Under the pieces are notes generated by a model. The model was not told the DNA's origin, searched no databases, and was given only the letters and a program-made list of their open reading frames with translations. Shown one piece after another: positions 51,926 through 64,000 of a stretch of 64,000 nt of DNA. The DNA is from Chiloscyllium plagiosum (Eukaryota): the NCBI RefSeq assembly GCF_004010195.1, contig NC_057750.1, positions 4,692,745 through 4,756,744 on the forward strand. Reading direction: 5' to 3'. The first letter of the stretch is position 1. Each line of letters opens with the position of its first letter. The translations under genes and the position numbers were made by a program.

Positions 51926-54789
51926 GCCACGGATTGTCCAGGCCCAGCAGATGTCCAGGGGATTTATCCCGCAGAGCTCCTGCTGGCAGCCAACCACATT
52001 GAGAAAGCCGGGATTAGAGGCTGAGGGAGACACGAGGCGGGCAGCAGAGCCCAGGAGTAGCCTCACTGTCGGTGGGCAATTAGCAGGGAATTAGTGGTCA
52101 GGAATGTTAGCCCTGCCACAGCAGCAAGGACAAGGCCACCAGACAGAGGGAGAGCAAATCGATACTTCCCCTGCCCATCCTTATCCTTACCCCTGGGAGA
52201 GTATAAACCCCCTCGTAGCCCCCCTCAAATATCCCAGAGAGAATGTAAACTCTCCATTGCCCTGAAACCCTAATTTCCTGGGTGAATATACACTCTCAAA
52301 TTACCAATATTGTGTAATTAACAATCACAGCTTTAGACGACTTGCTAATTATGGATATTGTGAGGTTAATAGTAGGACTTTGGGCCAAGTGTGGCTATTG
52401 TAAAAGCTGAAAGTGATAGAATGGTGAGGTTGAAATCGATCAGCACAGTGTTTCAGCATCCTTTGAATGTGACGCCTGTAGATTTAGGAATTGATCAGCC
52501 TGTGTCCAAACTACACAGGCCACTCTCCCACTGCAAAGCTGACAGACCAATTTCCAGGAGTCTCAGGTTTTGCTCCCTTGTAAGAATGTTTGAGGTGCCA
52601 AAGTTAGCCTTGACCAACACTTTGATAGTGTATAATCCTGCTGTAAATCCTTCACATTAGATTTTCTTTAATGGAACTGTGAAAATCTAAGAAATACTCG
52701 GGTCATTTCTGGAAGTTATTTAGAATCTCTTCAGTGTGGAAGCAGGTCATTCAGCCCATCAAGTCCACAGTGACCCTCCAAACAGTAGCCCATTCAGACC
52801 CAACTCCCTACCCTATAATTCTGCATTTCCCACCTGACCTGCACATCTTTGGACTGTGGGAGGAAACTGGTGCACCTTGATGAAACCCACGCAGGTACAG
52901 TATGAATGCGCAAACTCCACACAGACAGTCGTCCAAGGGTGGAACTGAACTTGGATCCCTGGCGCTTTGCAGAAATGCTAACCACTGAGTCACTGTATGT
53001 CTTCATACGTTGCAAAGTAGATTACTGTGATTATTCCATTTTAAAGTTGAATAATCTTTGGAACGTGCAAATACATTGAAAAGTGACTTTAGCCATTTCC
53101 AATAATTCTTACAGTGACAAGTACCAAAGCACTTCTGAATACAGAACCTTTTCCTGATTAGTCAGAATTCTTCAGTGATATCCCACCAACAAGTGAAGGC
53201 CAAATTAATGAAATGAGATTTGACGAGTGAAGCAGACAGTTGGTTGGATACACATATAGGTGAGTTCAGATTAACAATCCTCAACATCAAGGCTGCATTT
53301 TATCCAGTGTGGAATTGAGACGATCGAGGGTAGCAGAGGGAAAACTTTCTCTCGTTAGAGCCACTGACACAAAGGAAGATGGTTGTGGTTGTTGTAGGTG
53401 AGTCAGCTCAGCTCCAACACATGTCTACAGGAGTTCCTCAGGGTAGTGCCCTTGACCCAATCATCTTCAGCTGCTTCATCAATTACCTTTTCTTCATCAT
53501 AAGGTCAGAAATGGGGATGTTTGCTGCTGATTGCAAAGTGTTCAGCACCATTCGCGACTCCTCAGATACTGAAGCAATGTTTGTATAAATGCAGCAACAC
53601 CTAGGCAATATCCAGGCTTGGGCTGACAAGTGACAAGTAACATTCATGCCAAACAAATGTCAGGCAATGACCATCGCCAATAAGAGACAACCTATTACTC
53701 TTTGACATTCGCTGGAATTATCATTGCTGAGTAGCCCACCTGTAGATGACTGAACTAGATTAGCCGTACAAATTCTGTGACTACAAGGCCAAGTCTGAGT
53801 CAGGAAATCCTACAGCAAATAACTCACCTCCTGATTTCCCAAAGCCTGCTCACTATCTACAAGGCACACGTCAGGAGTGCGCTTCCACGTCAAAAGCACA
53901 GCCTTCCATTTGTGCAACACAGTTCTTTTTTTCCATTCTGTATTCTTTAAGGGATGTGGGCATCACTGGGCAAGGCCAATACTTATTGCCTATCCCTAAC
54001 TGCCCCCTTGAACTGAGTGGATTGCTGGGCCATTTCAGTGGGCATATAAGAGTCAACCATATTGCTGTGGTTCTTGAATCACAAGTAGGTGAGACTGGAT
54101 AAAGATGGCAGATTTCCTTCCCTAAAGGGAATTAGGTGGATAGATAGAAATTTATTGTTACTTGCATTTGTGAAAATACAATAAAATGTGTATACATTAC
54201 CATTGCCACTTAATTACATAAATTACAGATTAAAAAAGAAACAAAGTTAAAACAGATAACATCTTTTGTTCATTTCATGGCCTCTTGGTTTCATCCACTG
54301 CCAAGGATTGGGGTCTGCCCAACACTGAGGACTAGGCCCAACCCAACTGCCAAAGACCAGGGCCTTGCCCAACTGCTGAGAATGGGGTCCTCTTGAAACT
54401 GCTAAGATCCCGGGCCTCTCAAAACTGTTGAGAACTGGGGTTTTGTCACAAAAGTTGAGAACCAGAACCTGTAAAAACTGTTGAGGACCCAGGGTTGTCT
54501 GACTGAAACTGCCACACCTCTGCATCACAAAGAAGCAAAGATGAATTTACACAAAAGGTGAAATTAATAAATAATAATTAGAATAATGTTTTTAAAAATG
54601 TGGCTGGTCAGCCAAAAGGCGGTTGACAGGCCAGGAGCCTGAATCATACCTAACTTGACATCTCCACCATCTTGTATGGGTGAACCAGATGTGTTTTTAA
54701 ACAGTCAATGATAGCTTCATGAATTAATCTGCTTTACTTTGGTGAGGGAGTAAATCTCTTCAAAATACCTTTGAGCACAAAGGAATATA

Positions 54790-56195
54790 TAAGAGTCAGA
54801 GATGTACAACATGGAAACAGACCCTTTGATCCAACTTATCCATGCCGACCAGATATCCCAAACTAATCTGGTCCCATTTGCCAGCACTTGGCCCATATCA
54901 CTCTAAATCCTTCCTATTCACGTACCCATCCAGAGGACTTTTAAATGCTGTAATTGTACCACCATGTCCTCTAGCAGCTCATTCCATACATGCACCACCC
55001 TCTGCATGAAAAAGTTGCCCCTTAGGTTTCTTTTATATCTTTCCCTTCTCATCCTAAACTTATGCCCTCTAGTTCTGGACTCCCCCAGTCCAGGGAAAAG
55101 ATCTTGCCTATTTATCCTATCCATGCCCCACATGTTTTTATAAACCTCTATAAAGTCACCCCTCAGCCTCCAACGCTTCAGGGAAAACAGCCCCAGCCTA
55201 TTCAACCTTTCCCTATAGCTCAACTCCTCCAACCCTGGCAACATCCTTGTAAATCTTTTCTGAACCCTTTCAAGTTTCACAACATCCTTCCAACAGGATG
55301 GAGACCAGAATTGCAAACAATATTCCAAAAATGGCCTAACCAATGTCCTGTACAGCTGCAACATGACCTCCCAACTCCTATACTCAATGCTCTGACCAAT
55401 AAATGCAAGTATACCAAACACCTTCTTCACTATCCTATTTACCTGCGTCTCCACTTCCAAGGAATTATGAGCTTGCATTCCAAGGTCTTTTTGTTCAGCA
55501 ACACTCCCTAGGATCTTACAATTAATGTATAAGTCCTGCAAAGATTTGCTTTTCCAAAATGCAGCACCTCACATTTATCTAAATCAAATTCCATCTGCCA
55601 CTCATCAGCCATTGGCCCACCTGATCAAGATTCTGTTGTAGCCTGAGGTTACCTTCTTTGCTGTCCACTACACCTCTAATTTTGGTGTCATCTGCAAACT
55701 TACTAACTACAGAAGCGTGTCCCAATGCATGGCTAACTATGTGATCCAGCATCAATTATCTGGTATTTGATTAACTGAACTTCGGATCACCTGAACAAGA
55801 TCAGAAGGTCCCGATTGTGGCTAACTATGTGATCCGGCATCAATTATCGAGCATTCGATTAACTGAATGAACGACTCTCTGCCTGTGTCCTTCAGATAAT
55901 CGAGTTTCCTCTATATACCTCTTATGCTCACATCCAAATCATTTATGTAAATTACAAAAAGTAGCGGACCCAGCACCGATCCTTGTGGCACTCCACTGGT
56001 CACAGGCCTCCAGTCTGAAAAACAACCCTCCACCACCACCCTCTATTTTTGACCTTTGAGTCAATTCTGTATCCAAGTTCTCCCTATATTCTATGAGATC
56101 TAACCTTGCTAATCAATCTCCCATGAGGAACCTTGTCAAACACCTTATTGAAATCCATATAGATCACGTCTACCGCTCTGCCCTCATTAATGTTC
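54790..56195 (-). mobile_element. CR1 LINE fragment (about 1.2 kb) with a nested DNA-transposon-like insert
   Basis: ORF 54918-55541 contains LYRTLVRPFLEYCLQFWSP; RT sequence continues to about 56195. Confidence 0.9.
55710..55913. mobile_element. Tc1/mariner-superfamily (Tigger/pogo-like) MITE inserted into CR1
   Basis: Flanked by TA on both sides (55708-55709, 55914-55915), and removing it restores aactatacctc. The right end reads TAGAGGAAACTCGATTATCTGAA on minus, resembling Tigger TIRs. Internal 50-bp direct repeat. Confidence 0.55.
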
Positions 56196-57089
56196 TTGTC
56201 TAATTGTCTTGTCTGTAAATAACCAAAGAGGGGGAGATTGGAATTAGAGCAAATTAGTTTGCTTCTCTATCTGGACAAGTTAGATGACTGTGTTTCGACT
56301 GTGTTGTACTACTCCCTGTGATGTTGACTGATTATTGTGTCCAAAGTTGCAAAAATATCAGTTTCTCATTATCTTTATTTCATGGAGTATGTGCTATAAA
56401 ATTATTGAGCACTGACCTCTCACTTAGTGCTAACTCTGCAATATTCCTACAAGGGTTGAGTTTTAAAGGAGCACTGAGATTGATTCTATGCTGTTTGAAC
56501 TAATGGCCAGAAGCAAAGCTCAGAAAAGAAAACAGCAAAAAAACGAGGAATTAGACAAAATTGTGGCTGGATAGTATAGAGATTAATATCTAAAATTGTT
56601 GATGGCAAGATTAAACATGAATGAATGTCACACCAACAGAGGCCCATAGCTGAGAACAAGATTTACTCTACACTGTCTATTCCTGTCAAGATTAGAGTGG
56701 TGCTGGAAAAGCACAGCAAGTCAGGCAGCATCCAAGGAGAAGGAAAAAAATTGACCTTTAGGGCCTAGGCCCTTCATCTGGAATGGGGATCCCTCAGGAT
56801 CCCTCATTCCTATTGAAGGACTTTTGCCCGAAACATCGATTTTCCTGCTCCTCGGATGCTGCCTGACCTGCTGTGCTTTTCCAGTACCACTCAAATTTGA
56901 CTCTAATCTCCAGCATCTGCAGTACCCACTTCTGCCGCACTGTCTATTCCTGGTCCAATGTAAAGGGTACAATGGAGATGGGCACCTCAGTGAGGTGGTG
57001 AAATGCTAACTCCTTCTCAGCATCCATCCCAGAAAAGAGCAGTCACCTCCAGTGAAGGGAGGGAGTCTTGTTTTTCACTCTCTTGTGCT

Positions 57090-57310
57090 AACCATGGCTC
57101 AGTTGGTAGCACACTCAGCTTTGTGTCATAAGGTTCTGAATTCAAGTCCAACCCCAGAACACTTGAATGCATTGCAGAAGATCAAGTCTGCTTGCTCCTG
57201 TGTAGTACTGAGGGAGCACTGCATTGTTGAAAGCGTCTTTCAGATAAGTTGTAAAGCTGAGGCCCAGGTGGATGTAAAAGATCTCATGATGTTAATTCAA
57301 AGGACAGCTA
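57090..57310 (+). mobile_element. Deu-domain SINE (SacSINE1/AmnSINE1-like), degenerate
   Basis: tRNA-like head (tggctcagttggtagc...ttcaagtcc) followed by gtactgagggagcactgcattg...gtctttcagat...caggtggatgtaaaagatc, which resembles the Deu core as I recall it. Confidence 0.55.
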
Positions 57311-60300
57311 ACCTGAGTATAAGCTCAAATCTGCACTCCCATCTACCCCGATGACTTTTCACAGCTTCTTGCTCAACAGGAATCTCTCTACCTCAGCCTT
57401 TAAAATATTCAAGGACCCTGCTCCTACCCTCTTTTTAGGAAGAGAATTTCTAAAGATTCACAAACTTTCAGGATAAGAAAAATGCTCCTGCTCTTTGTTT
57501 GAAATAGAAGACTTCTGATTTAAACAGTGACCCCCCCCAGTTCTAGATTCTCCCACACACGGAAATGTCATCTCCACATTTCCTTGGTCAAGACGCTTCA
57601 GGATCTTGTGTGTGTTTTAAGTAAGTCAGCTGTTACTTCTCTGACCTCCAGTGAATACAAGCCCAGTCTGTCCAACCTTTCCTCAGAAGGCGACCTGTCC
57701 ATTCCAGGTACTAGTCTGGTCAACCTCTTAACTGTCTCCCGCCCATCCTCCCTTAAATAAGGTGACTAATGCTGTATGCAGTACTCCACTTATTTGTCCG
57801 TCAATCAACCATTACGAATTAAGAATCAAATTATCTTTTCAATGTCACATTGCTCTGATCGGGGTCTTAGCGTGTGCCAATTGGCTACTTTACTACAGCG
57901 ACTGTGACTAACAAAGTGCTTCCTCGAGGTAACCAGCGGTGGTGGAAGGTGCTATGCAAATGCAACTGTTTGAAAAGTGTTGTGCGCCTTCCCGAAAGGC
58001 TCAGAAATCCCTCTAATGTGATTACTAGTGGCTCAGTCTATCCTGATGAGCACTCGACAGTTCGAGTACACATCAAACCGGGAGGAGAACTGGTGTCTCC
58101 CACGTGCCACTTTTTAATTACATTGCGGCAAGATTGAAAATAACAGCCCTTTTCTTAATTATAATTCACAGGGATTAAAGCGAATTCGCTGTTACAATTA
58201 ATTTACCTTTGCCCATCTTCATTAGGGAAATGGACTGTAGTTCTCTCCCAAATGCTCTTAATTGAAATCCCCCAGTATTGGAATACAAGGGATTATGCTC
58301 TTGATCCATAGACACATACAATTACTACAGGGGTACCAAATGGGAATAGCAGACAGGGGCTGTTGTCTTGAGGTATTAAACACTGTGATGGAAATTGATT
58401 TTTTTTTTGCTTTAATCCTCACTGCCAATCTTCGCAGTGACAGGGACCCACAGCCAGCAGAGAACAAGAGGTAAACTAGACAGTTTATTCCTGGTCTAAT
58501 GTAAAAGAGACAAAGGGAACGGCAGCAGTCACTGATTTAAAATAAAATCAAAGGCAAAATCAAGATGGGAAACAAAGCAACTCCCACCTTCCACAGGAAC
58601 TTACCAATGAAGAGCAGGAGTAAGCCATTTGGCCCCTCAAGCCTGCTATGACATTCAATAAGATTGTGGCTGATCTCATTGTACTCACCCCTAACTCACC
58701 CCCGTGGGCGGCACAGTGGCACAGTGGTTAGCACTGCTGCCTCGCAGCGCCAGAGACCCGGGTTCAATCCTTCCACAGGAACTTACCAATGAAGAGCAGG
58801 AGTAAGCCATTTGGCCCCTCAAGCCTGCTATGATATTCAATAAGATTGTGGCTGATCTCATTGTACCCACCCCTAACTCCTGCACCCCTTCATAACCATT
58901 GAACTCCTTGTTAGTTAAGAATGTATTCACCTCAGCCATACAGTAATAATATTCAAGACCCCACCTCCGCTGCTGTATGGGACAGAGTTCCAAAGACTGG
59001 CAGCTGTCTGAGAGGAAGATTTCTCCCTATCTCCGTCTAAGCCATCCAGAATGAGGCAGCCCAATGGTTAGGCACCACATCCTCATCCTCAAGCATCCAC
59101 TCCCTCCACCACTGAGTAGCAGCAGCGTGTACTACCTACAAGATGCATTTTTGAAAGATCTTCAGTTGCAATAGATCTTCAGACCCACAAATACTTCCAT
59201 CCAGAAGGACAAGGACAGCAGATACATGGGAACACCAGCCAGTGTAGTTACCCCTCCAAGCCACTCACCATCCTGACTTGGCAATATATCACTGTTTCTT
59301 CAGCGTCACTAGGTTAAAATCCTGGAACTCCCTCCCTAATGATATTGTGGGTCAACCTTGGCTGCAGCTGCTCAAGAAGGCAGCTAGCCATCACCTTCTC
59401 AAGGGCAACTAGGGCTGGGGTTATAAATGCTGGCCTTTCCAGTGACAGCCTGTGAGGGAAAGTTTAAAAAAATCTCTGATTTCTAAACAATGTCCCCTCT
59501 TCTTTTCTTCATAATATGGCTGCATAGAATCATCCCATCTGGTCCAAAAGGTCTATGCTGGCGTTGAAACTCGAGAGTGTCCTCCCAGCACTCCTTGCCT
59601 GATCCTTTCCTTGTAACTATCATAGAGCTTTTATATCTTGGAAAGAGGCCTGTTGACCCATTGTGTCTGCACTGTTCATCACGTACCCATCTATTCTAAT
59701 CCCATTTCCCAACACTCAGCCTTTGTACATACTTTCTAATCAATGTGTTGAGAGATGTTTTTATACACCTCTGGGGCCGGTTTGCACTTGAATCTGGGCC
59801 CCTTGGCTCAAAGGGATGGATACTACCACTACGACACAAGAACCTCAATGCCATGGCGTTTCAAGTGATCGCTTAAATAATTTTAAAATATCTTAAGGAT
59901 TCCCACCTATATTACCCTTTCAGGCAGTGAGTTCCAGATTCTCACGCGATCTGGGTGAAGAAATATTCTCAAGTGTCCTCTAAAATTGCTGCTTCTCCCC
60001 TTAAAACTGTGCCCCCTGCTCATTGATATCTTTACTGGGGTGGGGGGGGGGGGGGAAGGAATCTCCCCATCTATCCTGTCTGTGCCCCTCTGAGCTTTAT
60101 AAGCCTCAATCAGGTCCCCCCTCAAGCCCTCTCTGCTCTAAGGAAAATGGCTTGACACTACCTGGTTACAAAACTCCAAATCAGATTTATTACTGACTCA
60201 TGTAAAGTGGGCTGATCTGCACATCTAAAGATCTTCTCTATGCCTAGCCTCTCTAACCCTTTCATAATTTTAAAGATTTGGTCAATCCTCAGCCCTTTTA

Positions 60301-61149
60301 CTTATACAGAGGAGGAACTGATATTGTGCAATCTTTCCTAATACGTATTAAATACATTTCCGAACTAGTTGTAAACTTATGAGAGTGAAGGCCAAGGGGG
60401 GTGGTGCCAAGGTACAGCTGGATGTTATGTGGAAGGATGCAAGTGGAACCTGATATTGAATTGTCAGATGATGTTACTGAGGGATAGCACATGGATAAGA
60501 AAGAGGAGGAAGCTAAGGATAGATCCAATGCGGATTCCATAAGTAATGGTGCAGAAGCAGAAGATGAAATGATTACGGGTTATTCTTTAGCCACAAGTGA
60601 ACAGATAAGGGTGGGCTCAGACGTGGACAGCCCATCCAACAAGGACAGTCCCACCCAAATGGACAATGAAGGGGAGGCCTTGAGGGATGATGGCTGAAAA
60701 TGTATTGCTGGAAAAGCGCAGCAGGTCAGGCAGCATCCAGGGAACAGGAGAATCGACGTTTCGGGCATAAGCCCTTCCGAAATATCGATTTTCCTGTCCC
60801 CTGGATGCTGCCTGACCTGCTGCGCTTTTCCAGCAACACATTTTCAGCTCTGATCTCCAGCATCTGCAGACCTCACTTTCTCCTTGAGGGATGATGGTAT
60901 GGTCAACCAGGTCATTAAAACGGATTGGGGAAGATAAGGAGGGATAGCTAACCATAGACAAGTAAATTGCCATTTATGACTAAATAGGGCCATTTCAGTG
61001 CTGAGTGCTAAGGAAATATTATTAGAGCGTTTCAAGCATAAACATCTGGAAACATGGGCACTATTTTCAAAGACAACATGTTCAGTGTGCATGAAGAGGA
61101 AACGAAGATTCAAGATGGGTGGTAGTTTACCAGAACAAGGAAATGAGGT

Positions 61150-62090
61150 ACATCACAGGTCATGTTGAGGCTGTACAGGACATTGGTTAGGTCATTTTTG
61201 GAATATTGCGTGCAGTTCTGGCCTCCCTCCTATGGAAGGATGTTATGAAACGTGAAAGGGTTCAGAAATGATTTACAAGGATGTTGTAAGGTTTGAGCTA
61301 CAGGGTGAGGCTGAATAGGCTGGGGTTGTTTTCCCTGGAGTGTCGGAAGCTGAGGGGTGACCTTATAGAGGTTTACAAAATCATGAGGGGTGTGGATAGT
61401 GTAAATAGACTAGGTCTTTTCCCCAGGGTAGGGAAGTCCAGAACAAGAGGGCAAAGGTTTAGGTTGAGAGGGGAAAGATTTAAAAGGGACTAAAGGACGA
61501 CTTTTTCATGTAGAGGGTGGTGTTTGTATGGAATGATCTGCCAGAGAAAGTGGTGGAAACTGGAACAATAACAACATTTAGAAGGCATCTAGATGGGTAT
61601 ATGAATAGGAAGGGTTTAGAGGGACACGCACCAAGTGCTGGCAAATGAGACTAGATTAATTTAGGATATGGTCGGCATGGACGAGTTGGACCAACGGGTC
61701 TTTTCCATGCTGTACCTCTCTATGATTCTATGATTCTTGAGGGGTGACCTTATAGAGGTGTATAAAATCAAGAGGGGCATAGATAAGGTGAATAGCAAGA
61801 GTCTGTTGCCTAGGGTGAGGGTGTTCAAAATTAGGGAGCATATTTTTAAGGTGAGAGGAGAAAAACGTAAAAAGGACATGAGGGGACAACGCTTTTAAAC
61901 AAAGAGTGCTTCATGTATGAAATGAACTGCTAAAGAAAATGTTGGATGAAGATACAGTTACAACATTTGCCATATATTTGGATAAGTACATGGATAGGAA
62001 AGTTTTGGAGGGCTATGGGCCAAATGCAGGCAGACGGGACTAGTTTGGGAACATGATTGGCATGGATTGTTTGGCTGAAGAGTTGGTTTC
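61150..62090 (+). mobile_element. Two adjacent CR1 3' fragments
   Basis: RLNRLGLFSLE...GDLIEVYKIMRG twice; tail ctatgattctatgattc at about 61720. Confidence 0.85.
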
Positions 62091-63659
62091 TAGTAGTGCG
62101 TTCAAATGATCTAACAAGTCCCTGGTCACTTTATGATAACACTGACATCTCCTTGAGACACATTTCTTTCTTTACTCCTTGCAGTACCACTCCCCTTTAA
62201 GTGATACTTTTAATCTGGCAGTTTTTTTTCCAAAATGAATTCAGATTCTCAAAATTCCACAAGACATGAGTACATAGTCTCTAACTGACTTGCGTGAGCA
62301 ACACAACCACTGACACACCATACCTGCTTATGCAAGATCCCCGAATGATGTTTCCACTGTGAACACCAATCCTGCGCTGCCCCCAAAAAAAGTCTGAGGC
62401 TTGACAATTGTCGCAACCCATTTGTGAGAGCAGGTCGGGTAGTGGGAAGGTCTGTGGTGACAGACGATAGGATCAGAGGACAGCTGGACAATGCACCCCC
62501 TCTGAGTTCATGATCCCAAACTTTTATTTCATAATGCCACTTTGGGCACTCCTGTGAAATTGAATAAGAGAAGAGCAGATTTTTAAAACAAAATGCTTTC
62601 TCAAAGAATGAGGGCATCATTGCCTGGCTGCATTAATTACCTATTCCTAATTCCTTAACAAGGTAGTGTGACCTGCCTCCTTGAACCATTGCAGTCCATG
62701 TACAGTACTGAGGTTCAAGGCTCTATTAAGGAAGAATTTAGATCAAATATAATACAGTCTAATTGTAAAGTGACTTTCCTGCCTTTTCCTTTCATAGTCT
62801 TTAAACTTAAAAGAGGTCAACACATTGAAGCTGAATACTCTAAATGCTGAAAATCTAACAGAGTCAGCAGGTTGGGCAGCACGAGAAAAAGCAGAGTTAA
62901 CAGGACTTCTGACAGAGGGTCACTGGACTTGAAATATGAACTCTGTTTCTCTCTCTCTCTACACAGATGCTGCCAGACCTGCTGAGTTTCTCCAGCAATT
63001 TTTGATTTTCTTTCAGGTTTCCAGAATCTGCAGTCCTTCATTTTATTTAAGAATTTCATTGGGATTTGGCTGTAAAGAACGGCCTGAGTGTTTGTGGCAG
63101 GTGCTATAAAAATGCAAGTTCCCTCTTAGAATGGTGATGGGACACAACTGAGACAGAGTTACGCAGTGTCAACTACACCACATTGATTTCTCCAATGTTT
63201 TCACAGTTTAAACCAAGAGCACCAATTCAGAAACAGCCTATTTCAGCAGCAACACCCTTTGAACAATATTTGCTCAGAACTGGCTGCTAAACCCAAAAGA
63301 TCTGACAGCTAATGGGAAAATGACTTTCTGCTTCAAGATGAGACAAATTGTTAAACTGGTGGAAAGAAAATGACAAGTAAATCCAAAACGTATTTAAGCC
63401 TTAAAATTTCTATTAATGTCGATAGGATGTTAAAAGCAGGCTTCCTTATGGCAAATTAAAGCAAATTAAATCAGGAGCATTATTATATAACTTAGAAATC
63501 ATTGATATTTCTCAGTAATCAACTGCAGATTAAACACCCAGTAAGCTTGTTCTGGAATGCCAGAGTATTAACCCTTTGATGGGCGGATGGATTATTATCT
63601 TTCAGTACTGTACGATTTGCGAGAGGTGAGGGAAACACAGGAGCTAGCCATTTCAGACA

Positions 63660-64000
63660 GGGTGTCTGCACGTACCACATTCTTAAAGATGTCCTCAACC
63701 GCATCTCAACCATTTCCAGCACTTCTGCCCTCAAAACCCCTCCCCCCAACAACAATAAGGATCGAGTCCCTTTAGGCGAAAGTGAGGACTGCAGATGCTG
63801 GAGATCAGAGTCGAAAAGTGTGGTGCAAGAAAAGCACAGCAGGTCAGGCAGCATCCGAGGAGCAGGAGAATCAATGTTTCGAGCAAAAGCCCTTCATCAG
63901 GAATGAGGAGTGGGCAAAGAGGGCTGAGAGATAAATGGGAGGGGGTGGTGCTGGGGGGAAGGTAGCCAGGAATGCAATAGGTAGATGAAAATGGGGCATG
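63660..64000. mobile_element. Penelope-like element fragment: RT-thumb-region coding piece (+) joined to an oppositely oriented PLTR
   Basis: The + frame gives KDVLNRISTISSTSALKTPPPNNNKDRVPL (PLE-like). From 63777 the terminal repeat follows, carrying a hammerhead-like core on minus. The inverted junction is typical of truncated PLEs. Confidence 0.65.

Noticed and set aside
58043..58080. CTGATGA followed by a hairpin (actcga/tcgagt), possible hammerhead
   Set aside because: No GAAA box after the stem.
58706..58772. tRNA genes at A/B-box sequences (also about 29820, 30705, 39945)
   Set aside because: These are SINE heads; they lack a complete cloverleaf and mostly run into SINE body sequence.
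60300..61130. Acidic ORF 60491-60697 as a possible gene or LTR-element remnant
   Set aside because: Short, interrupted by a repeat insertion, followed by stops, with no recognisable domain or convincing splice sites.

Overview
Eukaryotic, repeat-dense vertebrate DNA. The repeat content (CR1/L2-group LINEs, tRNA-derived SINEs, Penelope-derived palindromes) suggests a cartilaginous fish, probably a shark (inference). The only supportable protein-coding gene is an Otx5/Crx-class homeobox gene on the minus strand. It has three coding exons (37604-37508, 19044-18893, 10928-10305) giving 290 aa, with GT-AG introns of about 18.5 kb and 8.0 kb, plus candidate non-coding 5' exons and promoters near 41.4, 45.5 and 50 kb. 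The rest is mobile-element debris, mini/microsatellites and one 426-N assembly gap. Three signals stand out. (1) Three to four Penelope-derived repeat families carry minimal hammerhead-ribozyme cores (CUGANGA-A-stem II-GAAA-palindromic stem III) with covarying stems; some are intact and some lie in the Otx5 sense direction inside introns. (2) A stack of 5'-truncated Tx1 retrotransposon ends is separated by the same 17-mer and sits in the TATA region of an LTR-like repeat. (3) Tail-less TE fragments are flanked by 45- and 111-bp duplications. Most ORFs in the supplied track are spurious or TE-derived. Repeat boundaries were read by eye and are approximate.
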